A stretch of 64,000 nucleotides of DNA from Candidatus Latescibacterota bacterium (GCA_965243025.1 CBDETY010000003.1:2528001-2592000); one strand, 5' to 3'; shown: positions 48,194-58,243, counted from the stretch's first letter. Notes: generated by a model not told the origin, from the letters alone. Program-made: numbers and translations.

Positions 48194-48970
48194 ATGCATA
48201 TCGCCGTATTCGGCGCCGCCGGCTGGCTCGGGCGCGCCCTGCTCGCCAACCTGAAGGAGAATCACACTGTCCGCGCCGTCGACCGCTCCCCGGAGTCCTG
48301 GCAGGCCTGGGAAGACGTCGACGGAACCTGGGAGGGGGAGACCCTGCACGGGGAGATCACCGACTTCGCCGCGGTGGACGCCGCCCTCGAGGGGATGGAG
48401 GCCGCGGTCCACGCGACCGCCTTCTTCCCCGGCGACCGCCCCGCCGAGGAGGAGGCGGAAACCGCCTTCTCCGTCAACGTGCGCGGCCTGTGGAACTTCC
48501 TCGAAGCAGCGCGCCGCCGCGGCCTGAAGCGGGTCGTCCACATCGGCTCCTGCCACAGCCGGCACCCGGACGGCCGCTTCTTCACCGCCGACGTCCGCCG
48601 GCCCGACGCCCACCTGTACGCGGTGACCAAGCGGCTGCAGGAGGAGATGTGCCGCCAGTACCACGAGGGCCACGGGATCTCCATCGTCGTCATGCGCCCC
48701 GACTACATCGTCGACAGCCGCATCGGCCTGGGCCGTTTCCGCGAGCAGCTGGCGAACTCTCACCTTGGAAGCAGCGGCTGGGTCTGCCGGCACGATCTGG
48801 CGGATGCCTGCAGGCTCGCCCTCGAGTCGGAGAACATCCAATTCGACATCTTCCACACGGTGGGGGAACCCGAGGCGGACGCCACCTGCGAGGTCGCCCG
48901 CTCCCGCGAGGTCCTGGGGCTGACCTACCGGGGGGATCTCGCCCGGTACCGGACCACAGAGAACCCGTAA
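48194..48970 (+). CDS. NAD-dependent epimerase/dehydratase
   Basis: FGAAGWLG, YAVTK. Confidence 0.9.
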   Translation: MHIAVFGAAGWLGRALLANLKENHTVRAVDRSPESWQAWEDVDGTWEGETLHGEITDFAAVDAALEGMEAAVHATAFFPGDRPAEEEAETAFSVNVRGLWNFLEAARRRGLKRVVHIGSCHSRHPDGRFFTADVRRPDAHLYAVTKRLQEEMCRQYHEGHGISIVVMRPDYIVDSRIGLGRFREQLANSHLGSSGWVCRHDLADACRLALESENIQFDIFHTVGEPEADATCEVARSREVLGLTYRGDLARYRTTENP

Positions 48971-48986
48971 CCGAAGGAGGCCCGAC

Positions 48987-49817
48987 ATGCCGCGGCGCGC
49001 CGACGCCCACATCCACCTGTTCGAGCACAGCCTGCCGGGGAGCTTTCCGACGCGGCCGGGAGTGCGGATCGACGAGGCGGCCTGCTACGACTCGCTGGCG
49101 CAGGAGCACGACGTCGCCGCGGCCCTGATCGTCTGCCACACGGGGTACGGAAACGACGGGAACCACGAATACGTCGCCGGCCTCGTGCCGAACTACGACT
49201 GGGTCCGGCCCGCCGCCCACGTCGACCCGCGGGAACCGCCTTCGCTCGAAACCCTCGGCAAGTGGCGGGACCAGGGGTTCGTCGGCCTGGTGATGTACGT
49301 CGATTCGGAGAACGCCGCCGGCCTCGGGACCTTCCCGGACGAGATCTGGGAATGGGTGATCGCCCGCAACTGGCTGCTGAGCGTCAACTCGAAGGGGGAG
49401 CCCTGGTCGGCCTGGCACGAGGTGCTCGAGCGCCACCCGCGGCTGCGCCTGGTGATGTCCCACCTCGGCCTGCCGGACCCGGTCGAAGCCCCCATAGGTC
49501 CGGACCGGGCGCGGTCGGGGCTCAGCCACCAGACCGGACTGGCCCGCTACCCGGAAGTGCGCGTCAAGCTAAGCGGGTTCTACGCCCTGACCGAACCGAA
49601 GCACGACTACCCCCACGAGCTCGCCTGGCCCTACGTCGAGGTGCTGATCGAGGCGTTCGGCGTCGAGCGCCTGCTGTGGGCTTCCGATTTCTGCCCCCAT
49701 CTCAACTACCAGACCTTCCCGCAGACCCTCGGGCTGCTGTGGAAGATGCCCTTCCTCGGCGACGGCGACCGCGACCGCATCGCCGGGGAGAACCTGCTCG
49801 AGCTGCTGGAAGGCTGA
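48987..49817 (+). CDS. Amidohydrolase family protein (Amidohydro_2 / lactonase-like)
   Basis: DAHIH, SHLG, VKLSG, WASDFCP. RBS AAGGAGG. Confidence 0.9.
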   Translation: MPRRADAHIHLFEHSLPGSFPTRPGVRIDEAACYDSLAQEHDVAAALIVCHTGYGNDGNHEYVAGLVPNYDWVRPAAHVDPREPPSLETLGKWRDQGFVGLVMYVDSENAAGLGTFPDEIWEWVIARNWLLSVNSKGEPWSAWHEVLERHPRLRLVMSHLGLPDPVEAPIGPDRARSGLSHQTGLARYPEVRVKLSGFYALTEPKHDYPHELAWPYVEVLIEAFGVERLLWASDFCPHLNYQTFPQTLGLLWKMPFLGDGDRDRIAGENLLELLEG

Positions 49818-49872
49818 GTGCCTGCTTGCGCATGCCAGGCGGGCGGGCGATCCCCCGACAGAAAGGAGCCGC

Positions 49873-51135
49873 ATGAAAGTCACCGCAGTCGAACGCATCG
49901 TCGTCGACGTCCCCTTCACCCCGCGCCAGCAGGAGATCACGCGCCAGTCGGTCTACAACTGGTCGATCCTCGAGCTGTGCAAGGTCTCCACCGACAGCGG
50001 CCACGTCGGCTGGGGGGAGACCGTCGTCCACTACACCTACGGCCGCGTCACCGACGTCACCGTCGACCGCGCGATCGGGCGCAGCCCCGCCGAGCTGATG
50101 AACGACGACAGCCTCGGCGCCGGCCTGCAGATGGCCCTGTTCGACGTCGTCGGCAGGATCCTCGAAACGCCGGTGCACCAGCTGATCGGCCCCAAGGTGC
50201 GGGACTGGACCCCGATCTCCTGGTGGTGCAGCCACTCCTCGCCCGGGAACTGGGCGGCCGAGGCGGCCGAAGCGGTGGAGCACGGGTACACGAGCCTCAA
50301 GAACAAGCCGCGGCCCTGGGAGGACATCGTCGCCCAGGTCGAGGCCATCTGCAAGGCGGTGCCGCCGCACTTCCACCTCGACCTCGATCCCAACGGCTCC
50401 TGGGAGAACGCCGCCAACGCCATCCCGATCATGAAGCGGCTCGAGGCCTTCGAGAACGTCGCCATGTTCGAGACCCCGATACCGCAGGACGACATCCTCG
50501 GCAACCGCCAGATCCGCCGGGCGGTGAACAGACCGGTGGCCATGCACTTCGGGTCGCCGCCGTTCACCACCGCGGTCCGGGAGGAGGTCTGCGACGGCTT
50601 CGTGATCGGCGGCGGCAAGTCCAACACCGTACACCAGGGAACGTGCGCCGCGGAAGTCTCGATGCCGTTCTGGCTGCAGATCGTCGGCAACGGACTGACC
50701 ACCACCTGGGACGCCCACCTCGGGGCGGTGCTGACCCACGCGAAGTGGCCGGCGATCAGCTGCATCAACCTCTACAGCCACCACCTGCTGACCGAGCCGG
50801 TGCGCGTGGTCAACGGACACCAGCGCGTCCCCGACGGGCCCGGCCTCGGGGTGGAGGTGGACGAGGAGGCGGTCGAGCGCTTCCGGGTTCCGCAGGAGGT
50901 CCTCGACGAGCACGCGGGCAGGGGCCAGCTGTTCATCCACCCGAAACCGCGGCTGATCAACGCCGTCGTCTACCCGGACGGCACCTGCATCTACATGGAC
51001 GGCCTCGCGGCCCCGGGCACCTACGTCGAGGGGGTGCGCACCGAGATCCTCGACGACGACGGCTCGAAGGAGTGGAAGGAGCTGCACGGGCGGGTGCGGC
51101 GGGAAGGGCAGGTGGTCAGCCGCTGGGAGGGGTGA
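49873..51135 (+). CDS. Enolase-superfamily (mandelate racemase-like) protein
   Basis: GWGET, MALFD, KNK, LDPN, FETP, PGLGVEVD. RBS AAGGAG. Confidence 0.88.
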   Translation: MKVTAVERIVVDVPFTPRQQEITRQSVYNWSILELCKVSTDSGHVGWGETVVHYTYGRVTDVTVDRAIGRSPAELMNDDSLGAGLQMALFDVVGRILETPVHQLIGPKVRDWTPISWWCSHSSPGNWAAEAAEAVEHGYTSLKNKPRPWEDIVAQVEAICKAVPPHFHLDLDPNGSWENAANAIPIMKRLEAFENVAMFETPIPQDDILGNRQIRRAVNRPVAMHFGSPPFTTAVREEVCDGFVIGGGKSNTVHQGTCAAEVSMPFWLQIVGNGLTTTWDAHLGAVLTHAKWPAISCINLYSHHLLTEPVRVVNGHQRVPDGPGLGVEVDEEAVERFRVPQEVLDEHAGRGQLFIHPKPRLINAVVYPDGTCIYMDGLAAPGTYVEGVRTEILDDDGSKEWKELHGRVRREGQVVSRWEG

Positions 51136-51234
51136 GGCGGCTGGAAGCCCTTGGCCGCGGGCAACCGATGGGATACCGGGTCACGGCGTCGGTCGAGTCC
51201 ACCTTCGAGTTCGACGAGCCCACCGGCTACAGGT

Positions 51235-51310
<76 letters not shown>

Positions 51311-51375
51311 TGTCTTTAACGATCGAGCCTACATGGGCCCTGAAACACTGTCAAACCACCCGGCGCGGACCCGGT

Positions 51376-51612
51376 TCAGTTCAGCGGATTCCGGTACTGA
51401 AGCCCGGCGGTTGCCGACCTCGCCGCGTACGCAAGCATCTCCTCCTGCAGGTCGACCGGGATCCCCGCAAGCTCGACCTGAGCCGCGCCTGCGGGGATCT
51501 CCTCGCGTGCGCAGACCCAGTGCCCCTCCTCCTGCCTCCAGCGCAGCGGCGGAGCGCTGCCGGGTCCCCGCGTGTAGAACTCCTGCCCTTCGGCAAGGAC
51601 TTCGAGGTTCAT
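51376..51612 (-). CDS. Small hypothetical protein (78 aa)
   Basis: ATG with purine-rich RBS, 10 bp after the stop of the upstream gene. Confidence 0.6.
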   Translation of the reverse strand: MNLEVLAEGQEFYTRGPGSAPPLRWRQEEGHWVCAREEIPAGAAQVELAGIPVDLQEEMLAYAARSATAGLQYRNPLN

Positions 51613-51622
51613 CTTCTTCCGC

Positions 51623-52216
51623 TCAGACGTGGGGGCCGCGGTCCCTGATGATGCGGACCGCCAGCTCCGGGTCGATCTGAAAGATCATCTCCGGCTCGAT
51701 GGTGATCCCGCCGGGCAGGTCGAAGCCGGCGACGGCGCTGCGCGTGTGCCACCCGGACAGCGACGAGTCCAGCCCGTCCGTGGCCGAGCTGGAAAGCGGT
51801 CCGCCGAAGACGTCGTGAAACAGTCCGGAGTACCCGTCGACGACACCCGGCGACTTGGTGAAGGTCCCGCCTCCCGGTGAGTTGACCATGCCGATGCACT
51901 TGACGCAGTACCAGACGTCGTTGAGCGTGCCCTCGGGATCGAGCGCCCAGTGCAGGCTCTTCAGGTGGTTGATCCCGGCCTCGCGGCCGGCCGCGTAGCC
52001 TCGCTCCATGTCGGCGTCGTCGTCGGCCATCCCCCCCTGCCCTCCCCCGGTTCCCGAGGTGAAAACCAGGCCGGACGGAGTGAAGGTCACGTTGGCGATT
52101 CGCCGGCCTTTCGGACCGGAGACCGACTCCTCCTTTGACCCCAGATCGATACCCAGCTCCCCGATGCGGTCGTAGACATCGAAGTTGCGTTTCCAGTCGT
52201 CGTGCAGTGTGCCCAT
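51623..52216 (-). CDS. RidA/YjgF-family protein (Atu1372-like subgroup)
   Basis: RIGELGIDL, LVFTSG, VK..GMVNS, GWHTRSAV, LP..ITIE. RBS AAGGAG. Confidence 0.78.
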   Translation of the reverse strand: MGTLHDDWKRNFDVYDRIGELGIDLGSKEESVSGPKGRRIANVTFTPSGLVFTSGTGGGQGGMADDDADMERGYAAGREAGINHLKSLHWALDPEGTLNDVWYCVKCIGMVNSPGGGTFTKSPGVVDGYSGLFHDVFGGPLSSSATDGLDSSLSGWHTRSAVAGFDLPGGITIEPEMIFQIDPELAVRIIRDRGPHV

Positions 52217-52430
52217 CTTGCGGTTTCTCCTTCCGGCTGAGGCAAATGATTCGATTGCGGGTCGAGGATTACGGTCCTTTTTCCCGCGCCCGTTCGTTCA
52301 TGCGAGTGTTATAATTTGAGCCCCTGCCGTTTTTCAGCAAAGCCCATGCAAACCCGGTTCCCGAATCTTCCGCCCGCGAAAATGAGGTTCCTTTCGGGAC
52401 ATCTGCCTCCCATTTCCGGAGCTTGACCCG

Positions 52431-54140
52431 TTGAACAGCATATCGCGTTCCCGCCTGGCCAGCCTTTCCGAACCTGTTCGAGCCTCCCTGGACAGCATGC
52501 GCGGGGATGCCGTCCTCCACCGCATCTGGAACAGGGACCACACCCTCTGGTCCCCCGATCCGGCGGAAGTCAGCAACCGCATGGGGTGGATGGACAGCCC
52601 CGAAGCCATGGTGCCCGGGATCGGTGAGATCGATCCGGTGGTCGAGGCTGTCTGCGCGAGCGGCTGCACCCATGCCCTTCTCCTCGGCATGGGAGGGTCC
52701 AGCCTGGCGCCCGAGGTGTTGCGAAACATCTTCGGCTTCGCCCCCGGGCATCTCGACCTGTCCGTGCTCGACAGCACCGATCCGGCAGCCGTCCTCGGGC
52801 AGGCGAGGCGGCTCGACCCGCCGCGGACCCTCTTCATAGCCGCCACAAAGTCGGGAGGCACGGTCGAGACCCTCTCCTTCCTCAAGTACTTCTACAACGT
52901 CCTTCACGATGCCCTCGGACCGGAGATGGCGGGAGACCGGTTCATCGCCATCACCGACCCCGGCAGCGGCCTCGAGGAGCTGGCCCGGGGTCTCGGTTTC
53001 CGCCATCTCTTCCTCAACGACCCTGACATCGGGGGCCGCTACTCGGCGCTTTCCTTCTTCGGAATGGTTCCGGCGCGTCTCGCCGGCATCGACGTCGAGC
53101 GCCTGTTGGAGAGGGGGCGTGAAGCGGTCGAACAGTGCCGGTCAGCAGAGGACAACCCCGGTCTCTTTCTCGGCGCCGCCATCGCCTGCGGCGCCCTCGC
53201 CGGCCGCGACAAGCTGACCCTGGCCGCTTCCCCCGCCATGGCGCCGCTGGGGGCCTGGATCGAACAGCTGATCGCCGAGAGCACCGGCAAGCAGGGCAAG
53301 GGGATCCTCCCGGTCGACGGCGAAACCCTCCCGGGCCCGGAGCATTGCGCCGACGACAGGCTGTTCGTGCGCGTGCGGCTGGCCGGGGACTCCGCCCTCG
53401 ACGGCAGGCTGGAGGCCCTTGCCGCCGCGGGCCACCCCGTTATCACCCTCGATATCGACGATGCCTTCGACGTCGGCGGGCAGTTCGTCATCTGGGAGAT
53501 CGCCACCGTCGTCGCCGCTCACCTGCTCGGGATCAACCCGTACGACCAGCCGGACGTCGAGGCGGCCAAGCGGCTCGCCGGGGAAATGACGGAAGCCTAC
53601 CGACGCGACCGCACCCTGCCGCCCGGGGAGTCCGCACTGGTGGACGGGGACCTGCGGATCAACGGGGCCGGCCCGGGGGATACCTGCCTGGAAGAGGCGC
53701 TGTCGGCCTTGTTCGACGCGGCTGCGACTTCGGGGAAGGTCCGCAGCTACCTCTGCCTGCAGGCCTGGCTCCCCCCGGAGGCGGCGACCGATGCCGCCCT
53801 CGAGCGCCTGCGGCTGGCGATCCGGGACCGCACCGGCCTGGCGGTCACCCTCGGCTACGGGCCGCGCTTCCTGCACTCGACGGGGCAGCTGCACAAGGGG
53901 GACGCCGGGCACGGACTGTTCCTGCAGCTCACCTGCGACGACGCCGAGGACGCCGCCATACCGGACCGTGCCGGGAGCCCTGAATCCGCCATGTCGTTCG
54001 GTGTGCTGAAGGAGGCGCAGGCCCGCGGCGACCGCCAGGCCCTGATCGACGCCGGACGAAAGGTGCTGCGCCTCCACCTCGGGGCCGACGTTCCCGGCGG
54101 TCTCGACAGAATCGCCCGGGCCGCCGCCGAAGCAGGCTGA
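52431..54140 (+). CDS. pgi: Glucose-6-phosphate isomerase (type resembling the PGI half of Tal-Pgi fusions)
   Basis: GMGGSSL, TKSGGTVET, TDPGS, IGGRYSALS, QLIAESTGK, NPYDQPDVE, GPRFLHSTGQLHKG. Confidence 0.9.
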   Translation: MNSISRSRLASLSEPVRASLDSMRGDAVLHRIWNRDHTLWSPDPAEVSNRMGWMDSPEAMVPGIGEIDPVVEAVCASGCTHALLLGMGGSSLAPEVLRNIFGFAPGHLDLSVLDSTDPAAVLGQARRLDPPRTLFIAATKSGGTVETLSFLKYFYNVLHDALGPEMAGDRFIAITDPGSGLEELARGLGFRHLFLNDPDIGGRYSALSFFGMVPARLAGIDVERLLERGREAVEQCRSAEDNPGLFLGAAIACGALAGRDKLTLAASPAMAPLGAWIEQLIAESTGKQGKGILPVDGETLPGPEHCADDRLFVRVRLAGDSALDGRLEALAAAGHPVITLDIDDAFDVGGQFVIWEIATVVAAHLLGINPYDQPDVEAAKRLAGEMTEAYRRDRTLPPGESALVDGDLRINGAGPGDTCLEEALSALFDAAATSGKVRSYLCLQAWLPPEAATDAALERLRLAIRDRTGLAVTLGYGPRFLHSTGQLHKGDAGHGLFLQLTCDDAEDAAIPDRAGSPESAMSFGVLKEAQARGDRQALIDAGRKVLRLHLGADVPGGLDRIARAAAEAG

Positions 54141-54205
54141 CGGTCTTCAGCTGCCGTTTTCTGCCGGCACGGGTCTCCGCCCCGGCCGAGGCGGGTCCGT
54201 CGGCA

Positions 54206-55099
54206 TCACAGCCGCTTTCCCGAAAGCTGCGCCCGCAGCATCTCGACGAAGGCGGCTGCCGCCGGGGAACGCCGCCTGCCCTTGTGCTCGACGAGGCCGA
54301 TGTCGCGGGCCGGCAGCCCGGCGACAGGCACCGCGGCAAGCCTCCCCGACGCGGTCTCGGCGGCGACCGCCACCTCGGGCACCAGGGCGAGCCCGAGCCC
54401 GATCTCGACGAACCTCTTGAGCACCTCGATGCTGCCGAGGTTCATCGCCACCTCGACGTCGAGACCGGCGCGCAGGAACATCTCGTCCATCAGCTTCCGC
54501 GTCGTGCTTCCCTGCTCGAGCGCCAGCAGCGGCTGCGCCGCCACTCTCTTCAGGGTCGTCGAGCGCTTTCCCGCCAGCTCGTGGTCGGGCGGGCATATGA
54601 GGACGTCGCGCCGCGCGAACAGGACCTCGTTTTCGAGGCTGCGGTGGCGGACCGGAAGGGTCGCCAGCCCGAGGTCGACCTCGTCACCGAGCACCATGCG
54701 CCCCACCTCGGACGACATCTTGTTGCGTATGTCGATTTCGACCTCGGGAAAGCGGTCGCGAAAGTCCCGCAGCACCGGCGGCAGCACGTACGAGCAGTTG
54801 GTGTCGCTCGTGCCGATCACCAGCCTCCCCCGCAGCACCTGCCGCAGGCCCTCGATCTCGGCGCGGGCGGCGGCGAGCTCGTCGAACACCGCCCTGGCCC
54901 GCCTGAACAGGATCTCCCCCGCCGGGGTCAGCCGGGCGTTGCGGCGGCGGCGCTCGAACAGCGTCTCCCCCAGCTCCTCCTCGAGCCCCTTGAGCTGCAG
55001 GCTGATCGCCGGCTGCGTCAGGTAGAGCTTGTCAGCTGCGCGGGTGAAGCTTCCCTCGCGCGCCACCTCGAAAAAACCCTGCAGTTGATGCAGCTCCAT
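54206..55099 (-). CDS. LysR-family transcriptional regulator
   Basis: SFTRAADKLYLTQPAIS HTH; LTPAGE. Start MELHQL with AGGAGG. Confidence 0.95.
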   Translation of the reverse strand: MELHQLQGFFEVAREGSFTRAADKLYLTQPAISLQLKGLEEELGETLFERRRRNARLTPAGEILFRRARAVFDELAAARAEIEGLRQVLRGRLVIGTSDTNCSYVLPPVLRDFRDRFPEVEIDIRNKMSSEVGRMVLGDEVDLGLATLPVRHRSLENEVLFARRDVLICPPDHELAGKRSTTLKRVAAQPLLALEQGSTTRKLMDEMFLRAGLDVEVAMNLGSIEVLKRFVEIGLGLALVPEVAVAAETASGRLAAVPVAGLPARDIGLVEHKGRRRSPAAAAFVEMLRAQLSGKRL

Positions 55100-55113
55100 G
55101 ACCTCCTCCTGCG

Positions 55114-55180
55114 ATATTGAAAAATTATGGTATTCATGAAATATATAAATTTTGATTATGCTCGCCCGGACGGTATCCTC
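55114..55180. promoter_or_regulatory. AT-rich divergent promoter with LysR-type box
   Basis: ATAA-N7-TTAT (T-N11-A) at 55145-55159; TTCATGAA palindrome at 55133-55140; TATCCT -10-like element near 55174. Confidence 0.6.
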
Positions 55181-55242
55181 GATTGCCAACGGCGCGCGCC
55201 GCTCGGCGAAGTCAACGCCAACTGGATTCAGGAGAATGGAGA

Positions 55243-56265
55243 ATGAACGCCATCATCGTCGTCGACGCTTTCTGGGGGGATTCAGGCAAGGGCAAGATCT
55301 CGGCCTGGCTGTCCCGCAAACACAGGGCCGCGTTCTGTGTCCGCGCCGGCACCGGAACCAACGCCGGCCACAGCGTCTATTTCGAGGACGGCCGCGAAAT
55401 CCGCACCCACCAGCTGCCCTGCGGATTCCTCGACCCCGGAACCGAACTGCGCGTCGGCAGCGGCGTCGCCGTCGACCCGCAGAAGCTGACCTCCGAGATC
55501 GCCGCCCACGAGGAGGCCTTCCGGCTCTCCGGCCGCGTCCGCGTCGACTACCGCTGTCCCGTCATCCTGCCGGAGTACCGCGAGCGCGAGGCCGCGGACC
55601 CGCACCTGACCGGCATCGGCACGGTCGCCAGCGGCACCGGCGTCGCCCGGGCCGAGTTCGTCATGCGCAGGGCGCGGCAGGCCCGGGACATCGAGGAGCT
55701 GGCGCCGCTGACCGCGGACGTGGCGCGAGAGCTGAACACCGCCTGCGCCGCCGGGGAGACGGTGGTGATCGAGGGCAGCCAGGGCACCCACCTGTCGCTC
55801 GCCCTGACTTCCGACTACCCGTTCTGCACCAGCGACAACTGCACCGCCGCGGCCCTTGCCGACGACGCCGGGCTCAGCTGGCGGCACATCGGCGAGGTCG
55901 TGCTCGTCGTCAAGGCGCTGCCGAGCCGGGTCGGCGCCGGGCCGCTGCCGCTGCAGCTTCCGGAAGCGGACGTGGAGGAGCGGGAGATCGTCGAACATGG
56001 GGTCACCAGCGGCAGGCGCCGGCGCAAGGCCGCCGGCATCTCCTGGGAGCACCTCGAAGAGGCGGTCATGCTCAACGGCCCGACCGCGGTAGCGCTGACC
56101 TTCTGCGACCATCTCGACCGCGCCGTCGAGGGCGCGCGCTCCGCCGCCGGCCTCACCGCTCCGGTCCGCGAACTGATCGCCGAGATCGAACGGCGATGCG
56201 GCGTTCCGGTGACCTTGTGCGACTGCGGGCGATACTTCGAGGACCTGGTCGAGCTGCCTGGCTAG
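55243..56265 (+). CDS. purA: Adenylosuccinate synthetase-like protein, short (340 aa) archaeal-type
   Basis: WGDSGKGK, NAGH, EGSQG, YPFCTS, SRVG.GP, GVTSGRRRR. RBS GGAG. Confidence 0.8.
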   Translation: MNAIIVVDAFWGDSGKGKISAWLSRKHRAAFCVRAGTGTNAGHSVYFEDGREIRTHQLPCGFLDPGTELRVGSGVAVDPQKLTSEIAAHEEAFRLSGRVRVDYRCPVILPEYREREAADPHLTGIGTVASGTGVARAEFVMRRARQARDIEELAPLTADVARELNTACAAGETVVIEGSQGTHLSLALTSDYPFCTSDNCTAAALADDAGLSWRHIGEVVLVVKALPSRVGAGPLPLQLPEADVEEREIVEHGVTSGRRRRKAAGISWEHLEEAVMLNGPTAVALTFCDHLDRAVEGARSAAGLTAPVRELIAEIERRCGVPVTLCDCGRYFEDLVELPG

Positions 56266-56303
56266 TCTGGGGATCGGTGCCGCCTGAGGGCGCTTGCGCT
56301 TCG

Positions 56304-57197
56304 CTACGCAGCAGCGGGGCCTGTATCGCGCAGGCCGGGGGGACGCCAGCGCTCGGTGAGCCTCGGGGCATGTGAGCGCACTGCGATCGAGAGCCGCTCC
56401 AGTCCGTCGACCTCGACGTCGACGCGGTCCCCGTCGTTGATGTTGCAGAGGCCCCCGTGGTGCGTGCCGCACGCGATCACGTCGCCGGGCATGAGGGTGA
56501 TGTAGCGGCTGAGCCAGACGATCTGCTCGGCGATCGGGTACGCCATCGCCGACGTGCTGTAGTCCTGCTGGAGCTCCTCGTTCAGCCACAGCCGCACCCG
56601 CACGTCCTGCGGGTCGGGGATCTCGTCCCTGGTGACGAGCGCGGGGCCCATCGGCGCCCAGCCGTCGATCCCCTTGGAGAGGAAGGTGGTGCGCCGCCCC
56701 TGCAGGCCCCGGCAGGAGACGTCGATGAAGTTGACGTACCCGAAGACGTGGTCCATGGCCTCTTCCCCGGACACGTGCCGCCCCTGCCTGCCGATCACGT
56801 ATGCGATCTCCGGCTCCGGCTGATAGGCCGAGGCGCCTTCGAGGTCGGGTACCTCAATCGTCGCTCCCGTGCCGACGATGCTCGTCGCGCCCTTGTAGAA
56901 GAAATCGATCATGCCTCTCTGCGCGCCCTCCCGTTCCAGGTAGTTCGAGAACGCGCAGAGAAGGTGGCGCGGCCGCGGCAGCGGCGCCCGGACCTGCACG
57001 GAATCGATGGGTACGCCCCTCTCGCTCTCTGCCAGCTGCTCGAACTGCGGGCGGTACTCGTCGAAGGCTTCGATCACCGCTTCCATGCGCCATTGCGCCG
57101 GCTGCTCAGCCAGGCTGCCGAGTACCGGACCGAGGTCCACCAACCGGCCATCGCGGAGCAGGCCGGTCCTGTCGTCATCGAACAGGACGAGCTTCAT
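56304..57197 (-). CDS. Fumarylacetoacetate hydrolase family protein
   Basis: EPEIAYVIG, GYVNFIDVS, SK, PMGP, PGDVIACGT. RBS AGGAGG. Confidence 0.92.
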   Translation of the reverse strand: MKLVLFDDDRTGLLRDGRLVDLGPVLGSLAEQPAQWRMEAVIEAFDEYRPQFEQLAESERGVPIDSVQVRAPLPRPRHLLCAFSNYLEREGAQRGMIDFFYKGATSIVGTGATIEVPDLEGASAYQPEPEIAYVIGRQGRHVSGEEAMDHVFGYVNFIDVSCRGLQGRRTTFLSKGIDGWAPMGPALVTRDEIPDPQDVRVRLWLNEELQQDYSTSAMAYPIAEQIVWLSRYITLMPGDVIACGTHHGGLCNINDGDRVDVEVDGLERLSIAVRSHAPRLTERWRPPGLRDTGPAAA

Positions 57198-57328
57198 TCG
57201 TTCCTCCTATGAAAAAAACGCGCCTCCCACTGGAGCACCCGGTGTCCTGTCACGGAAAAGGTTGAAAAAAATACGGCCGCAAATTACCAGCGCAGGCTGC
57301 TGGCCTGGACCGGGATCTCCTTCGACAA

Positions 57329-58243
57329 TCAATCCGCGCTGATGTCCTTCGCCGCCCAGCCCGGATCGGGATCGCCGGCCATCGCCTTGCGAACGTCGGG
57401 GCCGGGCGGACCGGCCGTACCCCAGATGTCCGCAGTTTCCGGCACCCGTCTCCACACCGCGGGTTCGTGTGTTGCTTCGTCCTCGACGTACTCCAGGTCG
57501 CTGGAGAGTTCTACCACGTATCCGGCCGGATCCCTGTAGTAGCAGAAGATGTTGTTGCCCGGGCCGTGGCGCCCCGGTCCCCAGGCGGGTTCCCACCCCC
57601 GGGCGCGCAGGTTGGAGACCCCTTTCATCACGTCGTCCACGTTGGCCATTGCGTACGCGACATGGTGGACCGATGCGTGGTCCGCGCGATTGAAGACGAT
57701 GGCGTGATGTCTCCGGTCGCATCGCAGGAAGACCATCTGGTCCTCGATCCGGTCCGAGACCCGAAACCCGAGAACATCGGTGTAGAACTCCACGATCTGC
57801 ACCAACCCCGGAGTGTTGAGACCGACGTGGCACAGCCGGCGGGGGCCGACTTTGCTGGCAGGCCAGCAGTTGGGATGTTCGGCCACGCCGGCCGACAGCT
57901 CGATGCAGCGGTTCTCCGGGTCGAGAAACCGCAGCCCGTATCCGCCGCCGGGTTCGTCCAGGTCGTCGGGCTGCGCCAGGAGGGTGGTTCCGCGCCGTTC
58001 GAGCTCGGTCGCCGTCGCGTCGACTGCTGCGCGTCCCTCGAGACTGAAGGCCAGGTGATGGAGCCCGGTCCGGCCGGCCGGATGGAGGCTGAGAACGTGG
58101 TGTCCGGTCGACGCGGCGCGGAGATATCGCGCGTGCCGGTCTTCTGCGGCCGGTTGGAGTCCCAGGACCTCGAGGTGGTAGCCGGCGTGGGAGGCGATCT
58201 CCGGCGACAACAACCCCACGTGGCGGATGCCCTGGATCTTCAC
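57329..58243 (-). CDS. VOC family protein (two-domain extradiol dioxygenase-like)
   Basis: HVGL, FYTDVLGFRVSD, HH, HHVAY, GPGRHGPGNN, YYRDPAG..VE. GTG start. Confidence 0.88.
   Translation of the reverse strand: MKIQGIRHVGLLSPEIASHAGYHLEVLGLQPAAEDRHARYLRAASTGHHVLSLHPAGRTGLHHLAFSLEGRAAVDATATELERRGTTLLAQPDDLDEPGGGYGLRFLDPENRCIELSAGVAEHPNCWPASKVGPRRLCHVGLNTPGLVQIVEFYTDVLGFRVSDRIEDQMVFLRCDRRHHAIVFNRADHASVHHVAYAMANVDDVMKGVSNLRARGWEPAWGPGRHGPGNNIFCYYRDPAGYVVELSSDLEYVEDEATHEPAVWRRVPETADIWGTAGPPGPDVRKAMAGDPDPGWAAKDISAD

Noticed and set aside
55243-56265. PurZ (Z-genome biosynthesis)
   Set aside because: The catalytic Asp of the GDxGKG loop is retained, and there is no phage context, dATPase or MazZ neighbour.
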